Notes: generated from the letters alone by a model not told the origin. DNA of 34,254 nt from Candidatus Saccharimonadota bacterium (GCA_028289135.1 JAQGGW010000002.1:1-34254), one strand, 5' to 3'. Shown: positions 1 to 9,121, counted from the stretch's first letter. Translations and numbers: made by a program.

Positions 1-1056
1 CACCAGCACTCCGTTTATCAAGCCGTTTGCCACACTTGCGCCAAGTTCACTGCGCAGCGTCCGCCAAGCGGTCTTAAGCTCAATTTGCTTTAATGCAATA
101 CCGCGCACCAGCACAGCCAACGTCTGAGTGGCAGAGTTTCCGCCCATGCCGGCAACAATAGGCATATAGACTGCCAGCAAAACATATTTGGACAAAGTGT
201 CTTGGAAGCGGCTAACAACAAAAGAAGCTAAAAAGGCAGTGCCAAGGTTAATTATCAGCCAGCGGTAGCGGTTTTTGATCTTGCGGTTGGCGGGGTCAGT
301 GACGCTTTCTTCTTTGCGGATACCGGCAAAGTCGTACAAGCTGGAGCCTTCATTTTCCTGCAAAAGTTTTAAGACGTCGTCCGAATAAATTATACCAATC
401 ACGTCTCCGCCGTCGTTGAGCACCACAACCTTGCCATGCGGGTGAGTCGAGAACATATCGGATACTTCTTCGTAGCTGGCGGCGAATGAGATTGAAGGAA
501 TACGCTTTATATACTTGGCTATTGTTTCACTCGGGCGGGCAAAGCCCAGTTCATGCCCTGGCAAAAAGCCGTTATGTTTGCCGTCTTTGGTGGTCAAAAT
601 TACTGGCGGCCGGCCGGTGCGTTGTTCGTGCTGGCGGAACTTTTTGGCAACGTCGCTAATCCGGTCCTCGACATCGGCCTGGATGTAGTCCAAGGTCATG
701 AGTCCGGCGGCGGTGTCGGCGTCAAATTCTAGCAGCGTAGACAGCGAGTCGCGCATATCTTCGCTTAGCAGCAGCAAAGTCTTTTCGCGTTTTTTTGGAC
801 CTAAAATCTGCAGCAAATCAGTCGCATCGTCTGGGTCAACGCTCTGCAGGATTTCCACTAAATCCTTTTCCGGAATATGCATCAAAATATCGCGCTTAAC
901 AGGCCGTGTCAGCGAATTCAGCATCTCGATCCGGATTTCAGAATCCAGCTCCAAGAAGCTCTGAGTACGAGTGTCCTTACGGAACAAAATGTCACGAAGG
1001 GCGAGCGGATTAATGAGCGGGATAGCTTTTGGAATTTTTATTTTTTTAAAGCGCAT
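1..1056 (-). CDS. mgtE: Magnesium transporter MgtE (CBS pair + TM domain), runs off the left edge
   Basis: Manual translation from ATG at 1056 gives MRFKKIKIPK...EFDADTAAGLMTLDYI...AVYMPIVAGMGGNSATQTLAVLVRGIAL...ELGASVANGLINGVLV, which are MgtE signature segments. It is absent from the ORF track because there is no stop in the window. Confidence 0.92.
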   Translation of the reverse strand, partial: MRFKKIKIPKAIPLINPLALRDILFRKDTRTQSFLELDSEIRIEMLNSLTRPVKRDILMHIPEKDLVEILQSVDPDDATDLLQILGPKKREKTLLLLSEDMRDSLSTLLEFDADTAAGLMTLDYIQADVEDRISDVAKKFRQHEQRTGRPPVILTTKDGKHNGFLPGHELGFARPSETIAKYIKRIPSISFAASYEEVSDMFSTHPHGKVVVLNDGGDVIGIIYSDDVLKLLQENEGSSLYDFAGIRKEESVTDPANRKIKNRYRWLIINLGTAFLASFVVSRFQDTLSKYVLLAVYMPIVAGMGGNSATQTLAVLVRGIALKQIELKTAWRTLRSELGASVANGLINGVLV

Positions 1057-1177
1057 GGACTAATCATAGCAGACCAAATCAAGCTTCTGAGAGTTTTTGT
1101 AAAAATGCTTATGTAAGAAATCAGACATCAATATTGATAATTTACTGATACGGTTAAGCTGTAATAAGGAGGTTAGT

Positions 1178-1255
1178 ATGGGAAAATATATACCAAGGTA
1201 TTACATCCGCGACGCAGAAACGAACGAGCTTTGGTGCTTAAGCTCAATTAAATAA
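1178..1255 (+). CDS. Candidate 25-aa small protein MGKYIPRYYIRDAETNELWCLSSIK
   Basis: Strong SD TAAGGAGG (1165-1172) lies 5 nt upstream of ATG 1178; TAA at 1253-1255; fills an intergenic gap. Confidence 0.45.
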   Translation: MGKYIPRYYIRDAETNELWCLSSIK

Positions 1256-1299
1256 ACATGACTTACATGTATCTCACATATTCCAGGCAGTATTAGCTG

Positions 1300-1590
1300 C
1301 TAGCTGAAAACGCGCAGTGTTCCGAGTAACTGCAATATAACCCCAACAATAATAAGAGTGGTCTTTTCTTTTTGGCTAATTGGTGTATAAACACTATCCT
1401 TACCCCTGTAGACTTCTCCGGAAAACAAAATTAGCAGGCCAAAAATCAGCCCGAAAGGCAGAACTATAAAAATAACCGCAAATGGCCAATACTGGCGGTA
1501 AAACGGTGGCTTTTTATTCTCCGGCTGGCCGGATTGCTGCGGAATCATAGGCTGGGATTGTGTTGGCGGTGGGGTTTGTTCTGGTTGCAT
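1300..1590 (-). CDS. Small membrane protein with Pro/Gln-rich N-terminus and two TM helices
   Basis: Part of ORF 1300..1659. The likelier start is ATG 1590 (MQPEQTPPP), which has an AGGA SD and an upstream TGCTACAAT -10. Two hydrophobic stretches follow. Confidence 0.65.
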   Translation of the reverse strand: MQPEQTPPPTQSQPMIPQQSGQPENKKPPFYRQYWPFAVIFIVLPFGLIFGLLILFSGEVYRGKDSVYTPISQKEKTTLIIVGVILQLLGTLRVFS

Positions 1591-1639
1591 TTTTAACGTT
1601 TCCTGTTTATGCCTGCATTGTAGCATAAGCTTTCTCAGC

Positions 1640-2128
1640 TTAGGCTGAGATGTCGGCAATACGTGGTTCGGCTAGGTTTTTGTAGTCGGCCGATGTCATG
1701 CCGATAGAATAATTGCGTCCAGCATTGAAAATAATTTTCTCATGGTCCATAAGTTTTTCATCGCATACGACTTCAATGCTGAACAGGTTGCCAAAAGGTG
1801 GTACGCCGCCAGGTTTAACACCGTCTGTAACGTTATTTACCTCTTCTTCGGTTGCAAAACGGATGTCATTTGAATGGAGCAGGGTTTTTACTTTGGAGCT
1901 ATCAAATTTTTGATCGCCAGGCATGACTAGCATTACAAATTTTTTCCCAACACCTGAGACTTTGACACGCAATATAATGGCCTTAGCGCCTTGCTGCAAT
2001 GTGTAATTTGGCCGAATTTTGGCAGCTTCCTCACTCGTGCGCACCGGTTCGTGTTCGAATGTTTCGAACCAGCAGCCATTTTTGGTTAGTAAATCCGTAA
2101 TTTTACTTGCGATAGGATGTTCACTCAT
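1640..2128 (-). CDS. YbaK/EbsC/ProX-family aminoacyl-tRNA deacylase
   Basis: Motifs HEPVRTSEEAA, AKAII, RFATEEEV, GVKPGGVPPFG and IFNAG. Confidence 0.9.
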   Translation of the reverse strand: MSEHPIASKITDLLTKNGCWFETFEHEPVRTSEEAAKIRPNYTLQQGAKAIILRVKVSGVGKKFVMLVMPGDQKFDSSKVKTLLHSNDIRFATEEEVNNVTDGVKPGGVPPFGNLFSIEVVCDEKLMDHEKIIFNAGRNYSIGMTSADYKNLAEPRIADISA

Positions 2129-2187
2129 AAACTAATAATAACAGAGAGGTTTGCATAAATGAGCGCAGATTTTGCTATAGTGGCAAT

Positions 2188-2769
2188 ATGCGTTCCGCTT
2201 TGCCAATCGTTAGCGCCATACTGGCATTAATAGCACCGGTTATCTATTGCCGGGCAATTTTGCGCGGTGATGCCAAACCCCATCGCACAACCCGTTTTGT
2301 TTTGCTTCTCATTACAATTTTGACCTTTGCTTCGCTATTGGCCCAGCACAACCACCAAGCCATTTGGCTTGCTAGCGCGTCGGCTATCCAGGCGGTATTC
2401 ATTTTTGCACTTAGCATTAAACACGGCATGGGCGGACGGGATAAATCGGATATTATTTGCCTTGTCATCGCGTTGGCCGGGATGATTTTATGGCGGATTA
2501 CAAAGCAGCCAGTGTTGGCACTTTACTTTGCAATTTTGGCCGATTTTACAGGGATGATACCCGCACTCATCAAAACCTACCGCAAACCCGAAACCGAAAT
2601 TTGGAGCTATTTTGGGATAGACGTTATCGCAGGGATGTTAACACTGTTAGCCTCCAAAGAATGGACCGTCAAAGCTGTTTTGTACGGGCTTTACATAATG
2701 GTAATCAACATCTGTATGGTGAGCATTATTTTATACGGACAACGAAAGCAAAAAGCTACCAGAGCGTAA
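2188..2769 (+). CDS. Polytopic membrane protein (PQ-loop-like duplicated repeat)
   Basis: About 6-7 hydrophobic helices with repeated P-containing loops (KPHRTT; IPALIKTYRKPETE). Confidence 0.7.
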   Translation: MRSALPIVSAILALIAPVIYCRAILRGDAKPHRTTRFVLLLITILTFASLLAQHNHQAIWLASASAIQAVFIFALSIKHGMGGRDKSDIICLVIALAGMILWRITKQPVLALYFAILADFTGMIPALIKTYRKPETEIWSYFGIDVIAGMLTLLASKEWTVKAVLYGLYIMVINICMVSIILYGQRKQKATRA

Positions 2770-2778
2770 GTGTTTTAC

Positions 2779-2807
2779 TTGCAAAAACAGGGGTAACTTG
2801 CTAAAAT
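2779..2807 (+). promoter_or_regulatory. Sigma70-type promoter for tRNA-Lys
   Basis: TTGCAA-17 nt-TAAAAT with an extended TG. Confidence 0.6.
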
Positions 2808-2835
2808 AGTGCTTTGTAACATGCCGCTACAGCGC

Positions 2836-2912
2836 GGGTCAGTAGCTCAGCTGGTTAGAGCGTCTGCCTCTTAAGCAGAATGTCGAGGGTTCAAGTCCCT
2901 CCTGACCCTCCA
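2836..2912 (+). tRNA. tRNA-Lys (CTT)
   Basis: Acceptor stem GGGTCAG/CTGACCC, D-arm TAGCTCAGCTGGTTAGAGC, anticodon arm TCTGC-CTCTTAA-GCAGA, T-loop GTTCAAGTC, encoded CCA. Confidence 0.97.
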
Positions 2913-2951
2913 ACTAAAAAGACTTGCCGAAAGGTAAGTCTTTTTAGTTGG
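2910..2951 (+). terminator. Intrinsic terminator hairpin after tRNA-Lys
   Basis: CCAACTAAAAAGACTTGCC-GAAA-GGTAAGTCTTTTTAGTTGG: 19-bp stem with one G-U pair and A/T tracts. Confidence 0.85.
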
Positions 2952-2965
2952 CCAGGAGTTCAGGC

Positions 2966-3093
2966 AGGGACTTGAACGGGTATGTCCAGTGGACATACCC
3001 CGCCCTTGGCCTCAAAAACATGTTTTTGAGGTGGCTTATAGCAATTTTAATTTTAAATTGCGGAGCCAGGTCAAGTCCCTCTCGCTCCCATCC
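2966..3093. repeat. Multi-hairpin element bounded by inverted copies of the tRNA T-arm sequence
   Basis: AGGGACTTGA (2966-2975) and TCAAGTCCCT (3071-3080) are perfect inverted repeats. Internal hairpins lie at 2978-3000, 3010-3031 and 3032-3068. Confidence 0.7.
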
Positions 3094-3138
3094 ATAAAAA
3101 ATCTTCAAAAAGTTTTATTTTGCTACAATAACCTAGAA

Positions 3139-3753
3139 ATGAACAAGACAACTCCTAAAAGAATAATCGCGTTCCTTATTATCCTGTTAGTAATTTACAT
3201 ATTAACCGGGCCAATGATTAGTAAAGCCATGGCAACTTCACATCTCAAGCAAGTTTCCAACCGGGAGATGCAGCCACTGCTGGAACCAATAAATGCGCTC
3301 ATGCAGGGAGCGGAACCCCGGAGAGTATTAGAATGTGGCGAGAAATCGCATACCCACATTAAAACAAACCTCTTCTGCCAAGATGTAAACTTTTATAAAT
3401 ATAACCCCGAAGCTCTTCCTGATTCATCGCGTTCGAGGATAGCCAGCGAAGCTGCTTACTTGGATAAAATACTGGCTCAAAATGGCTGGACGATTGACCG
3501 CCCGCAGGACGAGATTAAGACTATAGAAGGGAGCATACCGACAACCGCTCTTCAGCGTTTTTATGGCGGAGGTCAAGTTCCATTCCATAAAAATATCGGT
3601 GCTATAAGTTGCAATCTAGAAATTTGGTTTGGCGGTCCAACGGACGGAATTTCACCAGGCGCGGTAAATGTTAATAGATTTTCATGCCAACAGCACATCT
3701 CATATCCTATGCTTCACATTTCAAATCATATCAATCGAAGCTTTGGCGGCTGA
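3139..3753 (+). CDS. Hypothetical membrane-anchored/secreted Cys-containing protein
   Basis: ORF 2989..3753. The likely start is ATG 3139 (MNKTTPKRIIAFLIILLVIYIL), after TGCTACAAT at 3121-3129. It has an N-terminal signal anchor and four Cys. Confidence 0.65.
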   Translation: MNKTTPKRIIAFLIILLVIYILTGPMISKAMATSHLKQVSNREMQPLLEPINALMQGAEPRRVLECGEKSHTHIKTNLFCQDVNFYKYNPEALPDSSRSRIASEAAYLDKILAQNGWTIDRPQDEIKTIEGSIPTTALQRFYGGGQVPFHKNIGAISCNLEIWFGGPTDGISPGAVNVNRFSCQQHISYPMLHISNHINRSFGG

Positions 3754-3800
3754 GAGTTTGTAATAAAAACGCAAGAATATCCGTGATGACCTCAAGTTTT

Positions 3801-5675
3801 CTATTGAGTTTGGGTTGGCGCTGCAGGAGTTGGCGGTGACGGCGCTTGAGTAGGGGCAGGACTTAAAGCGGCTGCTGGAGGTTGTTGAGGCGTTGCAGCT
3901 GCAGATGGTGCGGGTGTTTGAACTGTGGACGCAGCCACTGGTGCAGGTGAGCTAACGTGCGTAGTAGCAACCGGAACGGCTTCGGCAGCCTTTTTGGCAG
4001 CGAGGGCATCGGCTTTGTCTGGCACGTAGATAGAGAACGTTGAGCCTTTGCCGACTTCGCTTTGGACTTCAAAACTGGCGTCCAAGATCTTAGCGAGCTT
4101 TTTAACAATATAAAGCCCCAAACCGGTGCCGTTGGTTGATCGGGTACGGTAGTCTTCGGTCCGGAAGAATTTTTCGAAAACTTTCTTTTGGTCGCTGACA
4201 GAAATCCCGATTCCTTGGTCGGTTACACTATACAAAACACCCTTGTCTTTGGCTCGGGCAGACAGGGTGATCGTGCCTTTGTCGCTGTATTTGATGGCAT
4301 TGGTTAAAAAGTTTTGCAGGATTTCACGGATATACAAACGGTTGCTGGCCATCAATAGCGGCGTAGATGGATCGGCAGAAGTTATGATATTCATGCCTTT
4401 TGCCCGCACGGCTGTAACGTAGTCGTTACATAAATTACTAAGCATTTCACGAGGGTCAAATGATTCCAGGTTTAACTCCAGCGTGCCTTTTTCGGCACGG
4501 GCAAAAGTGGTCAGGTCGTTTAGCATATTGGCCAAAAATACTGATTGGTCGTGGGCGGTTTGCAGTGATTTAGTAAGCTTTTCGCTGCCCTGGATTTTCT
4601 TCGCCAAAAGCAGTGCGTTCGATACCCCGGCCTCGGCAACCGTAACAGGGGTACGAAGCTCGTGGGAAATGACCGAAATAAACTCGTCACGCTCTTCCTC
4701 GAGTGATTTTTCACGGGTGATGTCACGCATCGTAATCACGTAGCCTTCTTCGTCGCGTTCTTGCCCAAAAGTTGAGCGGATAGGGGTAGAGATAATGCTC
4801 AGTGAAGCGGCGTCATCCTTGCTGTAGCGCAAAACCACGTCCGTGCGGACAATGGGCCGGGTATTTTTTGGCAGCAGGTCGGCGGTTGTGATGATGCTGC
4901 CTTTTTCATCCTCTAGCTTAATAAAACCATCTAGGGGCTTGTCACTCAAAGAGTTATTGGTATTAAAAAGCGCTAAAGCCGCCGCATTATATAGCCGGAT
5001 GATGCCTTCTTTGTCCAGCACCAAAACGCTTTCTGTCATGTTGTTGATGAGGGCGCGCAGGCGCTTTTGCTCAACGGCCGATTCGCGGATTGTTTCTTTA
5101 AGTCTTGCGCGGTCCCAGTCAAAAACTTTTTGAATATTTACAAACAAGCTGCTAATGGCAATAAAAACTAACAGGGTAGCGATAATATTAAGTTTATCCG
5201 CGTACGAAAGCCCAATCGTGCTCTGCAGATAAAAATATTTTGATATTGTTATAAAAGCAAAAAATCCAATCGCATACATAACGCCTTTGCTGCCGTAGTA
5301 CAGATTCATCCAGAAAACCATCATAAAAGCACCCAGGGCATAAGGGGTGGCAGGGTCGCTAATGAGCGCAATTCCGATAAATATGACGATTGCGTAAAAA
5401 ACAAGGTAAGTTTTAGGACGGTTGTTTACCCGGGCAAAATCAAAAAACCGGAATAAAATAAGGCATACAAAGCCAATCCCAAGCCCAAGAGCAGTGTATT
5501 TCTGGTAGGCGGGCACGTTCGGTGCCAACCATGTGTGAAGCGTTACGGTAAAGGCCAACAAAAGGTGCGAAAAAACCACTGCGCGCCGGTCAACGGCAGA
5601 TTTTATCGGTGACGAAAGCTCTTCTGGTGAACGTATCAATCTATTAACACCCTTATGTTTAAACTTATTATACAT
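3801..5675 (-). CDS. Membrane sensor histidine kinase (TM region, PAS, HisKA, HATPase_c) with Pro/Ala/Thr-rich tail
   Basis: H-box FISVISHELRTPVT, N-box ILQNFLTNAIKYS, G1 DQGIGI, F-box VFEKFFR, G2 GTGLGLYI; PAS segment LINNMTESVLVLDKEGIIRLYNAAA. Confidence 0.95.
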   Translation of the reverse strand: MYNKFKHKGVNRLIRSPEELSSPIKSAVDRRAVVFSHLLLAFTVTLHTWLAPNVPAYQKYTALGLGIGFVCLILFRFFDFARVNNRPKTYLVFYAIVIFIGIALISDPATPYALGAFMMVFWMNLYYGSKGVMYAIGFFAFITISKYFYLQSTIGLSYADKLNIIATLLVFIAISSLFVNIQKVFDWDRARLKETIRESAVEQKRLRALINNMTESVLVLDKEGIIRLYNAAALALFNTNNSLSDKPLDGFIKLEDEKGSIITTADLLPKNTRPIVRTDVVLRYSKDDAASLSIISTPIRSTFGQERDEEGYVITMRDITREKSLEEERDEFISVISHELRTPVTVAEAGVSNALLLAKKIQGSEKLTKSLQTAHDQSVFLANMLNDLTTFARAEKGTLELNLESFDPREMLSNLCNDYVTAVRAKGMNIITSADPSTPLLMASNRLYIREILQNFLTNAIKYSDKGTITLSARAKDKGVLYSVTDQGIGISVSDQKKVFEKFFRTEDYRTRSTNGTGLGLYIVKKLAKILDASFEVQSEVGKGSTFSIYVPDKADALAAKKAAEAVPVATTHVSSPAPVAASTVQTPAPSAAATPQQPPAAALSPAPTQAPSPPTPAAPTQTQ

Positions 5676-5722
5676 GGTTTACAGAGAACAAATAGTGCTA
5701 AATAAGTTATAATCAGGTGATT

Positions 5723-6532
5723 ATGAAGATGTTGAATGGAAGCGAAATTGCAGGTTTTATCAAAGAGCGCCAGGCCTCCCAGGTCCGAGCTCTGCGTCAA
5801 AACCATAAAATTTATCCAAAACTGGCCATTATTGTCACTGTCGACAACCCCGTTATAGACGTCTACATGCGGCTTAAAGAGCGCTACGGCAAAGACGTCT
5901 TAGTTGATGTTGAAGTGCACCGTATTAAGCAGACAGAAGCGCCAGAACTGATAAAAAAGCTAAATGCCGACGACAGCGTGAGCGCGATTATTGTCCAGTT
6001 GCCGCTCGAAGACCCGACCCAAACAGATGCCATTGTTGACCTGGTTGACCCCAAAAAAGACGTTGACGCACTTGGAAAAAACGCCATTTATGAACCCGCT
6101 ACTCCGCTGGCGATCTTGTGGCTTTTGGCTGGCTATAATGTTGATCTGCGCGGTAAAAACATTTTGCTGATTGGACGCGGCAAACTGGTCGGTGCACCTC
6201 TGGAGCGGATCTTTAGCCACGATGGCTACAACGTTAAGGTTGCAACCCGCGCTACAACTGACCTAAAAGCCGAGACTTTGGATGCCGACATTATCATTAC
6301 CGCGGCCGGCAGCCCAGCACTACTGTTTTCTGACATGATCAAGCAGGGCGCTGTGGTCGTTGACGCCGGAGTCGCCAGTGAAGACGGCAAAACCGTAGGC
6401 GATGTAGCACCCGAAGTCTACGAGCGTGATGACCTAACCATTACACCAACCAAGGGCGGCGTTGGCCCGCTGACTGTTTGCGCGCTGTTTGATAACGTCA
6501 TCCGTGCCGCAACTGGCCTAATTAAAGCTTAG
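5723..6532 (+). CDS. folD: Bifunctional methylenetetrahydrofolate dehydrogenase/cyclohydrolase
   Basis: Motifs YxxxK (YMRLK), IIVQLPL, KDVD, PATP, IGRGKLVG, VVVDAG, GDV and TPxxGGVGPLT. Start is ATG 5723 or GTG 5717. Confidence 0.95.
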   Translation: MKMLNGSEIAGFIKERQASQVRALRQNHKIYPKLAIIVTVDNPVIDVYMRLKERYGKDVLVDVEVHRIKQTEAPELIKKLNADDSVSAIIVQLPLEDPTQTDAIVDLVDPKKDVDALGKNAIYEPATPLAILWLLAGYNVDLRGKNILLIGRGKLVGAPLERIFSHDGYNVKVATRATTDLKAETLDADIIITAAGSPALLFSDMIKQGAVVVDAGVASEDGKTVGDVAPEVYERDDLTITPTKGGVGPLTVCALFDNVIRAATGLIKA

Positions 6533-7775
6533 CGACAGCCGCCTTAAACAAGGTGCCTTTTTCTTCAAAACCGCTCCAGGCAGAGTAGCTTGGCGCGGCG
6601 GTGCTCATAAGCACGACGCTCCCAGCAGGCGCGTGTTCGGCAGCCCATTTAACCGCTTCGTCCATGTCTTTTGTCTCAAAAATTTGTGGTGTGTAGCCTT
6701 CAGGCAGCATTTTCTTAAATGTTTCTTCGGTGTCGGGGAAAAGCACGAGGTTGGGGATATTCGCTTTTGCGACTTCGGCAATAAGCTCGCTAAAGTCATA
6801 GCCGCGGTCTTGGCCGCCCAAAAACAGGCAGCCAATTGGCCCGTGTTTTGCGGTTACTGCCTTCATGCTGGCCATGGTTGATTCTGGCGTCATGCCGATT
6901 GCATCGTTGATAAAAATGTGGCTGTCTTGGGTTGGCACTTGTTCCATGCGGTGTTCAAGCGGTTTAAAGCTGTTCAGCGCGGTTTGGCAATCTTCATCCA
7001 AGACTCCAAGCTCACGGGCAGCCATGCGTGCGGCTAGGGCGTTCAAGCGATTATGCTCGCCGTATAGCGCCGCGTTTTCCATACTAATATTTTCTTCAGC
7101 ATCAATTGCGGCCGTGCGGCAGGTCGCGCCCGCCGCCCATTCTTGCAGAGCAGGAAAATCAGGATTATAAATAAACAGATCCTCGGGGCCTGAGAAACGC
7201 ATAATATTGTGCTTTGCTTCCCAATACTTCTCTTGTGAACCATGCCAATCGGCGTGGTCGTTGAACAGGTTAATACATATGGCAACATTCGGGCTATATT
7301 TGATGTCAGATAGCTGGTAGCTGGAAAGTTCCAATACAAAAACAGTGTCTTTGGTGGCGTTTTCAAGGTTTTCAAATACCGAAACGCCAATATTGCCTCC
7401 CAAAACAACGTCAAGCCCGCCAGCGCGCAGCATGGCCGCCGTCAGGGCAGTGGTCGTACTTTTGCCTTTAGTGCCGGTTATACCAACCGTACGCGCGCCC
7501 AAACGTCCAACCAGTTCAAAAAACAGGTTCATGTTTGTCAGGTACGGCACCGGCATTTCGGTGCTCGGAATTCCTTCATTTTTAACAAAAACCGTCACTG
7601 CCGGGTCGTAGTCTTTTAAAAATGCCAATGGTTCGGCGCCGTCTTGCTTATCAACGCCCATTACAGACAAAGCCTTGCTATGTTTAGTCGCAAAGTCGTG
7701 GAAACTATCAAATGAACGGCCGCGGCCAACACCAACGAACACCACGTTTTTGCCGTCAAACGCGTCTATGTTCAT
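6522..7775 (-). CDS. murD: MurD-family ligase, probably MurD2-type (adds L-Glu to UDP-MurNAc-L-Ala)
   Basis: Motifs GITGTKGKSTT, GGNIG, LELSSYQL, NLFNDHADWH, Y..AK and LEHRME. NDAIGMTP replaces the canonical NDSKATN. The start overlaps the murL stop (ATGA). Confidence 0.88.
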   Translation of the reverse strand: MNIDAFDGKNVVFVGVGRGRSFDSFHDFATKHSKALSVMGVDKQDGAEPLAFLKDYDPAVTVFVKNEGIPSTEMPVPYLTNMNLFFELVGRLGARTVGITGTKGKSTTTALTAAMLRAGGLDVVLGGNIGVSVFENLENATKDTVFVLELSSYQLSDIKYSPNVAICINLFNDHADWHGSQEKYWEAKHNIMRFSGPEDLFIYNPDFPALQEWAAGATCRTAAIDAEENISMENAALYGEHNRLNALAARMAARELGVLDEDCQTALNSFKPLEHRMEQVPTQDSHIFINDAIGMTPESTMASMKAVTAKHGPIGCLFLGGQDRGYDFSELIAEVAKANIPNLVLFPDTEETFKKMLPEGYTPQIFETKDMDEAVKWAAEHAPAGSVVLMSTAAPSYSAWSGFEEKGTLFKAAVAKL

Positions 7776-9121
7776 TGCGCCAGCTCCGCCTGGATCTTAT
7801 CCGCAAGATTAGCAGGAAAGGCGCTGTCTGGCTGCAAGGCCAAAAGCTTTTCGGCTTCAGTGTCCCAGTCTTTGTCCTGAATAAGCCTCGAAGTTTTGGC
7901 CAGTTTCATTAGATGAGTATTCACGTATTTACCCTGTTTAAAAGCCAAGTTAAGCGATAAAACCAGCTCCTCAACAGTTCCAACGCAGTCCAGCGGCGGA
8001 TGTCCTTCTAGACCCGTTAACTCCTTAAAAAGCGGCTCCAAAGTCTCTTCGTTCATAAAATCAATCGTAAAAGTCCGTGCTATGTCGGCTTCGCTGAGCC
8101 ACGGCGCCAGCAAAATATAGCTGCTCAAACTTTTTGGGCTTTCCAGGCTCCAGCGCCCGCTTGGCCGTTTGGCCGGATCAATCCTAAAAACAAAATTGTC
8201 ACTGGTAAACACTTCAAAATACTGCGGCAGCGCAGCAAACTTTTTGGCGACTCCGATGGATGTCAGCGGGCGGATGGCGCTAAAATAAGTAACACCTTCC
8301 GCAATATGCTGCTTAACATAGGCCTGCAAAGACTTTTCAAACCCAAATGACTTGCTCCACTGGTGATTCACGGCCTCACCCTCCCATTCGGTCGTTGGCG
8401 TGCTAGAACTTGCCTCGTTTGCGACCACAACCATCGACGCTCCTTCAGTAAGCGCCATAACAACGCCCACCAAGCCAAAAATCAGCGAAATTGGCACGTG
8501 ACCCTTGTAGGCCCCGGGCTGCATCTGCAAGTTCATGAGCTCAGGCGCCAGCGTGCGGCCAATGGCACTGATGGGGATACCCATAACGTCGGCTACGGAC
8601 TTGGACTGGCCCAGCTGTTCGCCGGTTGCCATCACAAAACCGCTTAAATCCACATTAAGTTTTTTTAATAGCTCGCCAGCCACAATCGAATCCTTGCCGC
8701 CGCCAATGCCCAAAATTGCCTTTTCGTCCAGATCCAGAACCTCGCTAGGGGCAAATTCCTGTCCGTCCTGCGCCGCAAACTGGGCAACCTTGTCTTTAGA
8801 AAGCTTATTTACATACAAAAATTCGCCCAGCCCATTGCGGAAAACATCATTCCAAAAGGCCGCTTCGCCTGCGTCCATTTGATAAGGCTGCTCTATAGAT
8901 GGCGGTAAAAAGATCTTGTAATAACTGACCCCAAGCGCAATATGCAGCGCCCGCAAACCGCGTTGAACAGCGTCCGAACTTGGCAGTACATCAGGAAAAA
9001 CAAGCGTCTCCGTCAACAAATGCGACTCATTGGCCCTTACAATCTCATAAGCAAAACGCACCGTCTTGCCATCTGGCTGAATAGAAAAATCAAGGTAACA
9101 GAAAATGTCAGCGTTATTCAT
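7772..9121 (-). CDS. murL: MurL-like UDP-MurNAc-L-Ala-L-Glu epimerase (PP-loop)
   Basis: Motifs GVSYYK, GLGEFLY, GIGGGKDS, GHVPIS, ANE.SS, VNHQWSKS, YFSAIRP and DCVG; adjacent to murD. The likely start is ATG 9121, 7 nt after TGGTATACT. Confidence 0.85.
   Translation of the reverse strand: MNNADIFCYLDFSIQPDGKTVRFAYEIVRANESHLLTETLVFPDVLPSSDAVQRGLRALHIALGVSYYKIFLPPSIEQPYQMDAGEAAFWNDVFRNGLGEFLYVNKLSKDKVAQFAAQDGQEFAPSEVLDLDEKAILGIGGGKDSIVAGELLKKLNVDLSGFVMATGEQLGQSKSVADVMGIPISAIGRTLAPELMNLQMQPGAYKGHVPISLIFGLVGVVMALTEGASMVVVANEASSSTPTTEWEGEAVNHQWSKSFGFEKSLQAYVKQHIAEGVTYFSAIRPLTSIGVAKKFAALPQYFEVFTSDNFVFRIDPAKRPSGRWSLESPKSLSSYILLAPWLSEADIARTFTIDFMNEETLEPLFKELTGLEGHPPLDCVGTVEELVLSLNLAFKQGKYVNTHLMKLAKTSRLIQDKDWDTEAEKLLALQPDSAFPANLADKIQAELAQ

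Noticed and set aside
698-1116. ORF-track entries 698..964 and 877..1116 (+)
   Set aside because: They are antisense shadows of mgtE, which occupies 1-1056 on the minus strand.
2989-3138. N-terminal 50 codons of ORF 2989..3753
   Set aside because: These codons run through the hairpin element and the promoter; ATG 3139 gives a proper signal anchor.
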